From Myxococcota bacterium (GTDB lineage Bacteria; Myxococcota_A; UBA9042; DTJE01), in the NCBI GenBank assembly GCA_029975745.1, contig JARKOL010000155.1, positions 1 through 60,142 of the forward strand: a stretch of DNA of 60,142 nt, read 5' to 3'. Shown one piece after another: positions 35,973 through 45,666 of this stretch (the stretch's first letter is position 1; every line of letters begins with the position of its first letter). Made by a program: the position numbers and the translations under genes. Under the pieces are notes generated by a model that was given only the letters and a program-made list of their open reading frames with translations, was not told the DNA's origin and searched no databases.

Positions 35973-38537
35973 ATGCGAAGCAGTTTCACGACCCGACGAT
36001 GGCGAGCGACGCTTGCGCTGACCGCGGGACTCGCCCTGTTCACGCTGGCGGGGTGCGGCGGTCCGACGTCCCAGTACCTGTCCTACCGGAACGCGCCGGA
36101 CTACCCCCTGGACGACCAGGAAACACTGCGGCTCGAAGGGCTCAAGGCCCCCGTCACGGTGTACATCGACCATGCCGGCATCACCCACATCGACGCCCGC
36201 AACGAGGAGGACCTGGCGCTGGCCACCGGCTTCTATCAGGCGCGCAACCGCTTCTTCGCCATGGACATGCTGCGGCGATTCGCCCGGGGACGCATGTCCG
36301 AACTGGTGGGCGAACAGCAGATTCTGGAAGGCACGACCGTCGATTTCGACATCTCGATGCGCGGCTGGGGCATGGACGCGGGCGTCCGGGACGACGTCGC
36401 CGGACTCGACGCCGAGACCCGGGGCATCATGGCGGCGTTCGTGATCGGGGTCAACGCGGCGATTGACCGCTACCTGCCGCTGGAATACCGGCTGCTTCAG
36501 GTCACCCCGGAACCGTGGACCCTCGAGGATTGCTTCGCCGTTGGCCGGCTGAACGCCTGGGGCGTGACCCACAACTGGCAGCAGGAAATGGCACGGCTGC
36601 TGCTGGCAATGAACGTCGGCATCGAAAGGGCGACCCGAATCTACGGCCATGACTGGTGGCGCGGGGGCACCAGCCTGCCACCGGACGGCCAGGAACGGGA
36701 ACTTCCGCCCGCCATCGCCCCGGAACTGGAGGGCTGGTTCCCCCCCCGCCCGTACGCGCCCCCGGCCCCGACCCGCAACGGCCCCAAACCTCGCAAGCGC
36801 GGCGCGACGGCCGAGGACACCACGCTGTTCTCGGCGGCCTCCAACAGCTGGGTCGTCGGCGCGGACCGCTCGGCCTCCGGCATGCCGCTCCAGGCGAACG
36901 ACCCGCACCTGACCCACATGCTGCCCTCGCTGATGTACCAGCAGCACCTGCGGGCGCCGGGGCTGGACGTGATCGGGGCGGGCATCGCGGGGCTGCCGTA
37001 CGTCCTTGCGGGCCACAACGGGCGGGTGGCCTGGGGCACGACGTCTGCGGTGGGCGACGCCGTCGATCTGTACCTCGAGATGCCGAACCCGGCGGACCCG
37101 AACCAGGTGATGACTCCCGAGGGATGGCGACCGCTGGAACTGCGCGAACAGGTCGTCCGGATCCGCCAGGGCCAGCGCTTCGAGGAGCGCCGGTTCGTCG
37201 TGCGGTACTCGCGGAACGGCGCCTTGCTGAACGACATGTACCCGTATCTGTTCCCGGAGGGCGCTCCCCTGGTGGCGCTGCGATGGGAACCGAGATGCGT
37301 GTCCGGCAGCATCGGTGCCCTGCGCCGGGCGGCTCGGGCCCAGAACGTCCGGGAGATGCGCGACGCCCTGGGCGAGCTTTCGACACCGGCATCGTCGTGG
37401 ACGGCCGCGGACATTCACGGGGACATCGCGTTCTTCGTGACGGGATCCCTTCCGGTTCGCCAGCACCACCTGGGAACCTTCCCGGTCCCCGGCTGGCTGG
37501 ACAAGTACCAGTGGCAGGGCCGAACCGCCCCCCAGGACATGCCGTTCGCGGTGTCCCGCGAGGGTTTCTTCGCCCACGCCAACAACCTGGTCCGCGACCC
37601 CCGAACCGGCGCCGTGTTCGTTCATATCGACGCCGCCCCGTCCTATCGGTTCGACCGCATCACCGAACTGCTGAACCTGAGCGACCAGCACACCATCCAG
37701 TCGATGGCGGACATCATGATGGACGTGCGGCTGAACCGGGCCAAACGGCTGCTGCCGAGCATCCTGAAGGATCTGAAGCGCGCGAAGAAGCTGAAGCCCA
37801 TCGAACGCAAGGCGCTTGCGATGCTGTCGGCGTGGGACTTCGAGTCGCCGGCGTCCTCGGCCGCGACGTCCATCTTCTTCACGCTGTACCGCGAGGCGAT
37901 CCTGGCGGCGCTGCACGACGAGCTGGAGCCGGCGGCGTACCGTTTCCTGCTGTCGCAACGCTACTCGACGAATGTCGCGGACCTGTGGTTCGAGCAGGCG
38001 ACGCACCCGATCTGGGACGATCGCGCCACCTGGCGGATCGAGACGCGGCGGGACGTGATGATCCAGGCGTTCCAGCGCGCGGTCGCCCGGCTGCGACGCG
38101 ACCTGGGACCCGCGCCCGAGGAGTGGCACTGGGGCAAGCTGCACTACCTGCAGATTCGTCACGCGTTCGGCGGCAGAAAGTCGATCTCGCGGTTCGTCAA
38201 CCTGCGCCCGTCGGCGGTCGGCGGCGCCCTGGACTCGGTCTGGAAGTCCCACTTCGACCTGGGCAACGACAAGGAGCCGTTCGCCGTCGTGGCGGGCCCG
38301 TCGTATCGCCAGATCATCGACCTGGCCGACATCCATCACGGATTCTGGGTCAGCGACACCGGCGTTTCAGGCTGGCCGGGTTCGCCGCAGTACGGAGACC
38401 AGCACGAGTCCTGGAAGCGGGGCGACTTCGTGCCCATGCTGTCGGACTGGGACGACATCCGCTCGCTGGCGACATCCCGGGTCGTGCTGGCACCGCCGGT
38501 TGCGTCCCCGGCGCCCGGGCCGGCACGCCAGCCCTAG
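35973..38537 (+). CDS. Penicillin-acylase-family Ntn hydrolase (AHL/penicillin/N-acyl amidase type), lipoprotein
   Basis: 854 aa with lipobox LAGC. The nucleophile context is FSAASNSWVVGADRSASGMPLQANDPHL, followed by GAGIAGLPYVLAGHNGRVAWG. Confidence 0.88.
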   Translation: MRSSFTTRRWRATLALTAGLALFTLAGCGGPTSQYLSYRNAPDYPLDDQETLRLEGLKAPVTVYIDHAGITHIDARNEEDLALATGFYQARNRFFAMDMLRRFARGRMSELVGEQQILEGTTVDFDISMRGWGMDAGVRDDVAGLDAETRGIMAAFVIGVNAAIDRYLPLEYRLLQVTPEPWTLEDCFAVGRLNAWGVTHNWQQEMARLLLAMNVGIERATRIYGHDWWRGGTSLPPDGQERELPPAIAPELEGWFPPRPYAPPAPTRNGPKPRKRGATAEDTTLFSAASNSWVVGADRSASGMPLQANDPHLTHMLPSLMYQQHLRAPGLDVIGAGIAGLPYVLAGHNGRVAWGTTSAVGDAVDLYLEMPNPADPNQVMTPEGWRPLELREQVVRIRQGQRFEERRFVVRYSRNGALLNDMYPYLFPEGAPLVALRWEPRCVSGSIGALRRAARAQNVREMRDALGELSTPASSWTAADIHGDIAFFVTGSLPVRQHHLGTFPVPGWLDKYQWQGRTAPQDMPFAVSREGFFAHANNLVRDPRTGAVFVHIDAAPSYRFDRITELLNLSDQHTIQSMADIMMDVRLNRAKRLLPSILKDLKRAKKLKPIERKALAMLSAWDFESPASSAATSIFFTLYREAILAALHDELEPAAYRFLLSQRYSTNVADLWFEQATHPIWDDRATWRIETRRDVMIQAFQRAVARLRRDLGPAPEEWHWGKLHYLQIRHAFGGRKSISRFVNLRPSAVGGALDSVWKSHFDLGNDKEPFAVVAGPSYRQIIDLADIHHGFWVSDTGVSGWPGSPQYGDQHESWKRGDFVPMLSDWDDIRSLATSRVVLAPPVASPAPGPARQP

Positions 38538-38546
38538 GGAGGAGCG

Positions 38547-39140
38547 ATGAGACACGCCTGTTCGCCACGATGGCTTCTGGCGACGCTGACGGTGGTCGCC
38601 GCGTCCTGCGGAATGGAACCGGGCGGCTGGGTCCACGAGGGCGGGGACCTGGGCAGCCGCGGCGGGGCGGCGAGCGTCCTGGAGCCCAACATCGACGCCG
38701 GGGACATCCAGGGGCCGGGCGCGGGTCTGGTCGGCGCGCCGTGCGAAGAAAGCGATGAATGCGTGACGAAGTTCTGCATGACGACCGACAACATCGAAGG
38801 CTTCATCCGCGGTGCCGTCGTCCCGAACGGCTACTGCTCCAGCCTCTTCTGCGCGCTGGACGGCTCCGACGGTCAATGCACCGCGGAGATGGGCGGCGTC
38901 TGCTTCAGCCTGTTCGCGTTCCTTCCCGGCTTCGGGGACAGCGGCATCTGCCTGCGCCCCTGCAACGACCAGGAAGGCTGCCGCGACGAGGACGACAACG
39001 TGTGCTTCGATGCTGCGGCCCTTGTGGCCCAGGGCCTGCTCTCGGCGGACGTACTGGACTCCTACTACGCCAACGGCACGCGCGGGTGCATGCCGAAGAC
39101 GGTCGTCGATGCCGCCATCGAGAAGCTCCGAAACCCCTAG
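38547..39140 (+). CDS. Cys-rich lipoprotein of unknown function
   Basis: 197 aa with lipobox AASC and about 16 Cys residues. It starts 10 nt after the acylase stop. Confidence 0.6.
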   Translation: MRHACSPRWLLATLTVVAASCGMEPGGWVHEGGDLGSRGGAASVLEPNIDAGDIQGPGAGLVGAPCEESDECVTKFCMTTDNIEGFIRGAVVPNGYCSSLFCALDGSDGQCTAEMGGVCFSLFAFLPGFGDSGICLRPCNDQEGCRDEDDNVCFDAAALVAQGLLSADVLDSYYANGTRGCMPKTVVDAAIEKLRNP

Positions 39141-39155
39141 TCCGCGAGGTGCCCC

Positions 39156-40631
39156 ATGGCGAATCCCGGTGTCGCGCTGCCCGAACGGGGCGTCCCGCAC
39201 GCGGAATTGCTGCGCCGCCTGGACGCGCTGGCCGCCTCGGACGCGGACTGGCGCGGCAACCGGGTGTTCAGCCTGGTCTATCGACAATCCGAGGCGCACG
39301 ACGCCTTCATGAAGGAGGCGCACGGACGGTTCTTCTCGGCCAACGCACTGAATCCCATGGCATTTCGCAGCCTCAGGCGCCTGGAGGCCGATGTCGTTCG
39401 CATGACGTCGGGGCTGTTCCACGGCGGCCCGGACACCGTGGGCACGCTGACCTCCGGCGGGACGGAAAGCATCCTGCTGGCCGTCCTGGCCTACCGCGAG
39501 CACGCGCGCCGGCACCGACCGTGGATCTTGCGGCCCGAGATCATCGTGCCCGCCTCGGCCCACGCGGCATTCTACAAGGCCGGTCACCTGTTCGGAGTCC
39601 GCATCGTCAAGGCGCCCCTGGGACCGGATTTCCGGGTCGATGTCGCGGCCGTTCGCCGACGCATCGGCACCCAGACCGTGGCGATCGTCGGCAGCGCCCC
39701 GTGCTACCCCTACGGCGTCGTCGATCCGATCGCGGCGCTGGGCGAACTGGCGGGGCGACGAGGCCTGGGCCTGCACGTCGATGCGTGCCTGGGCGGCTAC
39801 CTGCTGCCGTTCGTCGCGCGACTGGAACCCTCCGAACGCCTGGGCGACCTGCCGGACTGGGACTTCCGCGTTCCCGGCGTCACGTCGATCTCCGCGGACG
39901 TCCACAAGTACGGCTATGCCGCCAAGGGCGCCTCGACACTGCTGTACCGGGACATGTCCTGGATGCGCCACCAGTTCACGGTCGAGGCCGACTGGTGCGG
40001 CGGCGTCTACGTTTCCCCGACGCTGGCGGGCACCCGCCCGGGCGGCCCGATCGCCGCGGCCTGGGCCGCAATGAACGCCCTGGGCCAGGACGGCTACCAG
40101 GCCAACGCCCGCAACCTGATGGCCATTGCCCGGACATTCGCCGACGGCATCCGCGCCATCCCCGGCCTGCGACTGCTGGGCGCCCCCTGCGCTTCGGTCA
40201 TGGCCTTCGGAGCCGCCCCCGGCGGTCCGGACATCCTGGCGATCGGCGACCGGATGGAGGCCGCCGGGTGGCACATCGACCGGGTCCAGAACCCCGCGGG
40301 GCTTCACGTGATCCTGAACCCCGGACATGCCCAGACCGCCGCCGCGTGGCTGGCGGACCTGGCCGAGGCCGTGGATCACGTCCGGCGCCACCCCGAGCTG
40401 GCATCCCAAGGCAGCGCCCCGATGTACGGGATGATCGCGAAGGTGCCGTTGCGCGGCATGGTCCGCCGCAACGTGCGCGCCTTCCTGGAACAGATGTACC
40501 GTCCCGACGCCGAGGGCACCGACGCCCCGCCCCATCCCGAATCGCCCCTGGACGCCGGTGCCGCCCTGCCGCCCCTGGTCCAGGGCGTGGTGGATGCCTG
40601 GGTACGCTGGCGCCGGCACCGCGAGATTTGA
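39156..40631 (+). CDS. PLP-dependent enzyme similar to sphingosine-1-phosphate lyase (group II decarboxylase fold)
   Basis: 491 aa with a GAGGTG SD. Blocks are TSGGTESILLAVLAYRE, LHVDACLGGYLLPF, DFRVPGVTSISADVHKYGYAAKGAS (PLP Lys) and WCGGVYVSPTLAGTRPGGPIAAAWAAM. Confidence 0.85.
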   Translation: MANPGVALPERGVPHAELLRRLDALAASDADWRGNRVFSLVYRQSEAHDAFMKEAHGRFFSANALNPMAFRSLRRLEADVVRMTSGLFHGGPDTVGTLTSGGTESILLAVLAYREHARRHRPWILRPEIIVPASAHAAFYKAGHLFGVRIVKAPLGPDFRVDVAAVRRRIGTQTVAIVGSAPCYPYGVVDPIAALGELAGRRGLGLHVDACLGGYLLPFVARLEPSERLGDLPDWDFRVPGVTSISADVHKYGYAAKGASTLLYRDMSWMRHQFTVEADWCGGVYVSPTLAGTRPGGPIAAAWAAMNALGQDGYQANARNLMAIARTFADGIRAIPGLRLLGAPCASVMAFGAAPGGPDILAIGDRMEAAGWHIDRVQNPAGLHVILNPGHAQTAAAWLADLAEAVDHVRRHPELASQGSAPMYGMIAKVPLRGMVRRNVRAFLEQMYRPDAEGTDAPPHPESPLDAGAALPPLVQGVVDAWVRWRRHREI

Positions 40632-40662
40632 CCCCCAATGGCCCCGCCCGGATAATCGCGGC

Positions 40663-42537
40663 ATGGCATCCGCCACCCACAAAGTGCTCCTGGTCGAGTT
40701 CCTGCACGACGACGTGTTCAACCTGCACCGAACCGAGACGTTTCCCTTCCTCCAGGGGTTGTTGCGATCCAGGAACGTTCCGGTGCGCTGGGTGTCGATC
40801 GTCGCCGGCAGGGACTGCCGGCCGGAGGGCCCCTGGACCGTCGAGCCGCCGACCGCCGACCGGGGGCACCTGGTCGCCGCCGCACGCACCTTCGACCCCA
40901 CGCACGTCATCGCGAACGAAACGCTTGGCAGGCAACTTCTTGCCGACTTGCACCATGCGTGTCCCGATGCCCGCGTGATCCCGCCGACCTCGGACCTGCT
41001 GCGGCTGGGCCTGCACGCGGCGCTGGAACGGGTCCTTGGCCTGACGGCGGCGCCCTCGGACGGGCCGGAAACGGTGTTCGACGCCGCGATCCCCGACTTC
41101 GACGCGCACCTGCTGGCCGGCGCCGCGCCCGTGCCGTCCTTCCTGACACCGATCGTGGCCGAGCCGTCGTGCGTCTATCGCCGGTCCCTGGCCGGCAACC
41201 CCCACTTCGCCGCCGTACCCCTGGAGGGGCTCCCCTTCCCCGACGGCTGCACGTTCTGCGTCAACCCGCCCGGCATGCGCCGGGGCATTCGCTCGCGGGA
41301 TCCGGTGGACCTGGCGTTGCTGCAACTGCGGCGCTTCATGGACACGGCCCCCCACTTTCGGCGCACGGGTCGGTTCCTGGTGGACGGCATCCAGGTGTTC
41401 CGGCGCCTGCCGGAGTTCCTGGAGGCCGTGCAGGCCCTGGAACTGCCCCCCTCGGCATTCTTCTTCTCCTGCCGGGTTGACGAGGTCCTGGAGCGCGCGG
41501 ACGACCTGCGACGGTGGCTGCCCCGCCTGGCGGATCGAGGCCACGGGCTGCACCTGTGGAACGTGGGACTCGAGAACTTCTCGCCGGTCGAGAACGCCCG
41601 CTTCAACAAGGGGCTTTCGTCCGATCAGATCGAGACTGTGATCGGGCTGCTGGATGGGCTGGAAGCGGACTTCCCCGGGAGGTTCGGCTTCCGGGAACAC
41701 GGCGGGTTCGGCCTGATCCTGTTCACCCCGTGGACCCGGATCCTGGACCTGGAGCAGAACGTCCAGGCCCTGAATCGACACCACTGCCGCGGAGACCTGG
41801 GGCCGGTCACATCCCGGCTCCAGTTGCGTCCCGGCACGCCGCTGGAGGCACTCGCCCGCCGGGACCGCCTGGTGGACGAGGCCGCGGAACTCGCCGAGGT
41901 CCCCCGGGACGCGTCCTGCCTGACCGAGCCCGGCGACCGGGACATCCCCTGGCGATTCGCGAATCGTGACGTCCAGAAGATCTGGTCCGTGCTGGCCGGC
42001 TGGTACGTCGAGGTCCGACCGGAAGGCCTGCCGCCCCGCCCCGAAACGTCGGCGCTTGAGGCGCTGGAGGCCCTGCTGACCCTCCAGCGCGAGCAGCCCG
42101 ACCTGGACGAGGCCTCCCTGGCCTGCCGCGCGGCGGAACGACTTCGCCCGCCGCCCGCGGCGCCCGCCCCGCCCGATGGGCCGACCGTCGGGGCTCCCTG
42201 GATCGCCCGCCTGGTCCGACTTGTGGACCTGGCCACGCGCGGGGGCACGCAGCCGCTCGTCGGCTACCGCGTGGAACGCATCGAGTCCCGCCTCGACGGC
42301 GAGGCCCCCTTCGCCGAGATCGCCTGCTCCCGGGACGACGACCAGGTCGTGCTGCACATCCTGCGAGCCCCCGGGGCCCCGGCCTTCCTGCGGGTGGGCG
42401 ACTTCGGCGTCCGCTACCGATCGGACACCCCCATCGACCGCCCCAGCCGGGTCCGCCTTGCCCAGACGATCGGCCGGCTGCTGGCGGGCTGCGCGCGGAC
42501 GGGCCCGCCTCCGACGCCTCCGCCGCCCGGGCGCTAG
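40663..42537 (+). CDS. Radical-SAM-fold protein with an N-terminal B12-binding-like Rossmann region and a non-canonical Cys motif
   Basis: ATG at 40663, 31 nt after the PLP gene. The expected CX3CX2C is replaced by C-X25-C-X2-C (PSCVYRRS...PFPDGCTFC). Barrel-type blocks are NVGLENFSPVENARFNKGLSSDQIETVIGLL and GFGLILFTPWTRILDLEQNV. I do not recognise the C-terminal ~200 aa. Confidence 0.6.
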   Translation: MASATHKVLLVEFLHDDVFNLHRTETFPFLQGLLRSRNVPVRWVSIVAGRDCRPEGPWTVEPPTADRGHLVAAARTFDPTHVIANETLGRQLLADLHHACPDARVIPPTSDLLRLGLHAALERVLGLTAAPSDGPETVFDAAIPDFDAHLLAGAAPVPSFLTPIVAEPSCVYRRSLAGNPHFAAVPLEGLPFPDGCTFCVNPPGMRRGIRSRDPVDLALLQLRRFMDTAPHFRRTGRFLVDGIQVFRRLPEFLEAVQALELPPSAFFFSCRVDEVLERADDLRRWLPRLADRGHGLHLWNVGLENFSPVENARFNKGLSSDQIETVIGLLDGLEADFPGRFGFREHGGFGLILFTPWTRILDLEQNVQALNRHHCRGDLGPVTSRLQLRPGTPLEALARRDRLVDEAAELAEVPRDASCLTEPGDRDIPWRFANRDVQKIWSVLAGWYVEVRPEGLPPRPETSALEALEALLTLQREQPDLDEASLACRAAERLRPPPAAPAPPDGPTVGAPWIARLVRLVDLATRGGTQPLVGYRVERIESRLDGEAPFAEIACSRDDDQVVLHILRAPGAPAFLRVGDFGVRYRSDTPIDRPSRVRLAQTIGRLLAGCARTGPPPTPPPPGR

Positions 42538-42568
42538 GCATCCTCGCGGACCGGGCGGTTTCTTTCGC

Positions 42569-42597
42569 TTGCACCCCCGACCGACAAGTGCTATAAA
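42569..42597 (+). promoter_or_regulatory. Sigma70-type promoter of rpsB-tsf
   Basis: TTGCAC (42569-42574) is followed by a 17-nt spacer and TATAAA (42592-42597). A leader of about 125 nt follows, with a strong hairpin GCCGCACCCTTGgccgCAAGTGCGGC at about 42598-42623. Confidence 0.5.
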
Positions 42598-42725
42598 GCC
42601 GCACCCTTGGCCGCAAGTGCGGCCTGGGGAATACGCACATCCCCGCGCACACCGTGGCGCCGAAGGCGCTGGACCCGGGGATGGAGGTCGGGGCTTCGCA
42701 GCCCCCGAAGCAACGGAGGAACACG

Positions 42726-43532
42726 ATGGGTCAGGTCACTCTGCGCCAGCTGCTGGAAGCCGGTTGCCACTTCGGGCACCGGACCAAGCGCTGGAACCCG
42801 AAGATGAAGCCGTACATCTTTGGCGCCCGCAACGGCATCCACATCATCGACCTGCAGCAGACGGTCAAGCTGCTGAACTCGGCGCTGAACTTCCTGACGC
42901 GGACCGTGGCCGAGGGCGACACCGTGCTGTTCGTCGGCACCAAGTCCCAGGCGCAGATCGTGGTCGAGGACGAGGCGAAGCGCGTCCGCATGCCCTACGT
43001 CACCAACCGCTGGCTCGGCGGCACCCTGACGAACTTCGTGACCCTGCGCAAGTCCCTCGAGCGGGTCAACGACATCGACGCGCTGCTGGCGGAAGGCTCG
43101 GTCGAGCGGCTCCAGAAGAAGGAAGTCGTCCGGCTCGAGAAGGAGCAGGCGCGGATGCTGAAGAACCTGCGCGGTCTGCGCCAGATGCGCGGCCTGCCGG
43201 GCGCGATGGTCGTCATCGACCCGAACCGCGAGAAGATCGCGATCCGCGAGGCGAACCGTCTGGGCATCCCGGTCGTTGCCCTGGTCGATACGAACTGCGA
43301 CCCGGACAACGTGTCGTACGTGATCCCCGCGAACGACGACGCGATCCGCTCGATTCGCCTGATGATGAACTTGTTCGCCGAAGCGTGCCAGGAAGGGAAC
43401 CAGAAGGGTCGCGGCGGCGAGGATCGCGGCTGGGAGCCCAGCATGGCGCCTTCCGACGCGCCGCTGCCCGACGTCGTGGTGCGCGGTGCCGGTCGGCCGG
43501 CGACGGGTGGCGAGCCCACCCCCGAGGCGTGA
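42726..43532 (+). CDS. rpsB: 30S ribosomal protein S2
   Basis: ATG at 42726 with a GGAGGA SD. The protein begins MGQVTLRQLLEAGCHFGHRTKRWNPKMKPYIFGARNGIHIIDLQQT. Confidence 0.95.
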   Translation: MGQVTLRQLLEAGCHFGHRTKRWNPKMKPYIFGARNGIHIIDLQQTVKLLNSALNFLTRTVAEGDTVLFVGTKSQAQIVVEDEAKRVRMPYVTNRWLGGTLTNFVTLRKSLERVNDIDALLAEGSVERLQKKEVVRLEKEQARMLKNLRGLRQMRGLPGAMVVIDPNREKIAIREANRLGIPVVALVDTNCDPDNVSYVIPANDDAIRSIRLMMNLFAEACQEGNQKGRGGEDRGWEPSMAPSDAPLPDVVVRGAGRPATGGEPTPEA

Positions 43533-43619
43533 CGCACGAACGGAATGATTCGGGGGACGCCGTGATAGGCCCCCCGTTGCGCGAAAGCAAGAACCCCTGT
43601 TGTACCAAGGAGGACCCCC

Positions 43620-44219
43620 ATGGCGGTGAGCGCTGAATCGGTCAAGGAACTTCGCAACATGACGGGCGCCGGCATCCTGGATTGCAAGAAGGCGCTGGAA
43701 GAGGCCGAAGGGAACATGGAGAAGGCCGTCGAGGTGCTGAAGAAGCGCAACCAGGCGGTCGCGGTCAAGAAGCTGAGCCGCGAGGCGAATGACGGCCAGG
43801 TCTCGTCCTACGTCCATGACGGCGGGCGGATTGGCGTCCTGGTCGAGATCAACAGCGAGACGGACTTCGTGGCCCGCTCCGAAGCGTTCTCGGCGTTCGT
43901 CAAGGAGATCTGCCTGCAGATCACCGCGATGGCGCCGCTTTACGTGGACCGGACCGAGGTGCCGGCGGACGTCCTGGCGAAGCAGAAGGAGATCTTCCTG
44001 GCGCAGATGGAAGGCATCAACAAGCCCCCCGCCGTGCTGGAGAAGATCGTCGAGGGCAAGCTGTCCAAGTGGTACGCCGAGGTCTGCCTGGTGGACCAGA
44101 CGTACATTCGCGACGACACCAAGACCGTGAAGGACCTGCTGACGGACGTCATCGGCCGCTGCGGCGAGAACGTCAAGATCCGCCGGTTCACGCGGTACGC
44201 GCTGGGCGAGGGCCTGTAG
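43620..44219 (+). CDS. tsf: Translation elongation factor Ts (short form)
   Basis: 199 aa with an AAGGAGGA SD. The protein begins VKELRNMTGAGILDCKKALEEAEGNMEKAVEVLKK. Confidence 0.93.
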   Translation: MAVSAESVKELRNMTGAGILDCKKALEEAEGNMEKAVEVLKKRNQAVAVKKLSREANDGQVSSYVHDGGRIGVLVEINSETDFVARSEAFSAFVKEICLQITAMAPLYVDRTEVPADVLAKQKEIFLAQMEGINKPPAVLEKIVEGKLSKWYAEVCLVDQTYIRDDTKTVKDLLTDVIGRCGENVKIRRFTRYALGEGL

Positions 44220-44269
44220 CCCCCCGGCTCCTTCCGTTCCCGGTCCATCCTCCCTTCACGAGGTGATTC

Positions 44270-44992
44270 ATGGACCCGCAGCCTCCCGTCCCCCTGAAGC
44301 GCGTGCTGCTGAAGCTGTCGGGCGAGGCCCTGATGGGCGGCCGGCAGTTCGGCATCGACCCCGAGACGGTCAACGGCATGGCCTGCGCCATCGCGGACGT
44401 CCGGAAGATGGGCATCGAGATCGCCCTGGTGATCGGGGGCGGCAACTTCTTCCGAGGCGTTTCCGAGGCCGGGCGGAAGTTCGACCGGGGCACCGCGGAC
44501 AACGTCGGAATGCTGGCGACCGTGATGAACGCGCTGGTGTTCCAGGACGCGCTGGAAAAGCTGGGGCTGAACACCCGCGTGATGACCGCGGTCGAGATGC
44601 GGAACATGGCCGAGCCGTTCATTCGCCGACGGGCGCTGCGCCACCTGGAAAAGGGGCGCGTCGTGCTGTTCGCGGCCGGAACGGGCCATCCGTACTTCTC
44701 GACGGACACGGCGGCGGTGCTGCGCGCGCTCGAGATCAAGGCCGACGCGATCCTGAAAGGCACCAAGGTGGACGGCGTGTACTCGGCCGACCCCGTCAAG
44801 GATCCGACCGCGGTGCGGTACGAGCACATCAGCCATCAGGAAGTGCTGGAGCGAGGACTGGGCGTGATGGACCAGACCGCGATCGCCCTGTGCCGCGAAA
44901 ATGGGATACCCTTGATGGTGTTCTCGATGCGCGACCCGATCAATCTGGTGCGCCTGATGCGCGGGGAAAAGGTCGCCACGCTGGTTTCATAG
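44270..44992 (+). CDS. pyrH: UMP kinase
   Basis: 240 aa with the blocks RVLLKLSGEALMG, IGGGNFFRG and FAAGTGHPYFSTDTAAVLRALE. Confidence 0.95.
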   Translation: MDPQPPVPLKRVLLKLSGEALMGGRQFGIDPETVNGMACAIADVRKMGIEIALVIGGGNFFRGVSEAGRKFDRGTADNVGMLATVMNALVFQDALEKLGLNTRVMTAVEMRNMAEPFIRRRALRHLEKGRVVLFAAGTGHPYFSTDTAAVLRALEIKADAILKGTKVDGVYSADPVKDPTAVRYEHISHQEVLERGLGVMDQTAIALCRENGIPLMVFSMRDPINLVRLMRGEKVATLVS

Positions 44993-45005
44993 GCAGGAGG
45001 TTTCC

Positions 45006-45554
45006 ATGATCGACACGACGTTGGCCGACCTGGACAAGGCGTTTGGCAAGGCAATCGAGAGTTTCGAACGCGACCTGTCCCGCGTGCGCACCGGCCGCGC
45101 GAACCTGTCCATCCTGGAAGGACTGAAGGTCGAATACTACGGCGTTCCCACGGCACTGGCCCAGGTCGCCGCGTTGACGGTCCCGGACCCGCGCCTGATC
45201 GTGATCCGGCCCTGGGACAAGAAGCTGATCGGCACGATCGAGAAGGCGATTGCCGTCGCGGACCTCGGCCTGATGCCGTCCAACGACGGCGATATCGTCC
45301 GGCTGCCGATCCCGCCGCTGACGACCGAGCGCCGCAAGGATCTGGTCAAGCAGGTCAAGAAGCTGCTCGAGGAGGCCAAGATCGCGGTGCGAAACCACCG
45401 CCGGGACGCTCGCAGCAAGCTGGAAAAGGCCGATGGCCTGCCCGAGGACGAGGTCAAGCGGGCGCTGGAGAAGATCGACAAGGAAACCGAGAAGTACGTC
45501 AAGGAAGTCGAGTCGATCGCGGGCCGGAAAGAAAAGGAGATCATGGACTTCTGA
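45006..45554 (+). CDS. frr: Ribosome recycling factor
   Basis: 182 aa, with RTGRANLSILEGLKVEYYG...PLTTERRKDLVKQVKK. Confidence 0.95.
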   Translation: MIDTTLADLDKAFGKAIESFERDLSRVRTGRANLSILEGLKVEYYGVPTALAQVAALTVPDPRLIVIRPWDKKLIGTIEKAIAVADLGLMPSNDGDIVRLPIPPLTTERRKDLVKQVKKLLEEAKIAVRNHRRDARSKLEKADGLPEDEVKRALEKIDKETEKYVKEVESIAGRKEKEIMDF

Positions 45555-45666
45555 TGGTCTCCTCCCCTGCGGTCTCCCCTGCCGTTCCCTGCCGGAGCCG
45601 ATGATGGACGTCGCCTCAAGCCGCGGGCTATACTGCGATTCGACACCCGAACGGAATGGGCGCGCC

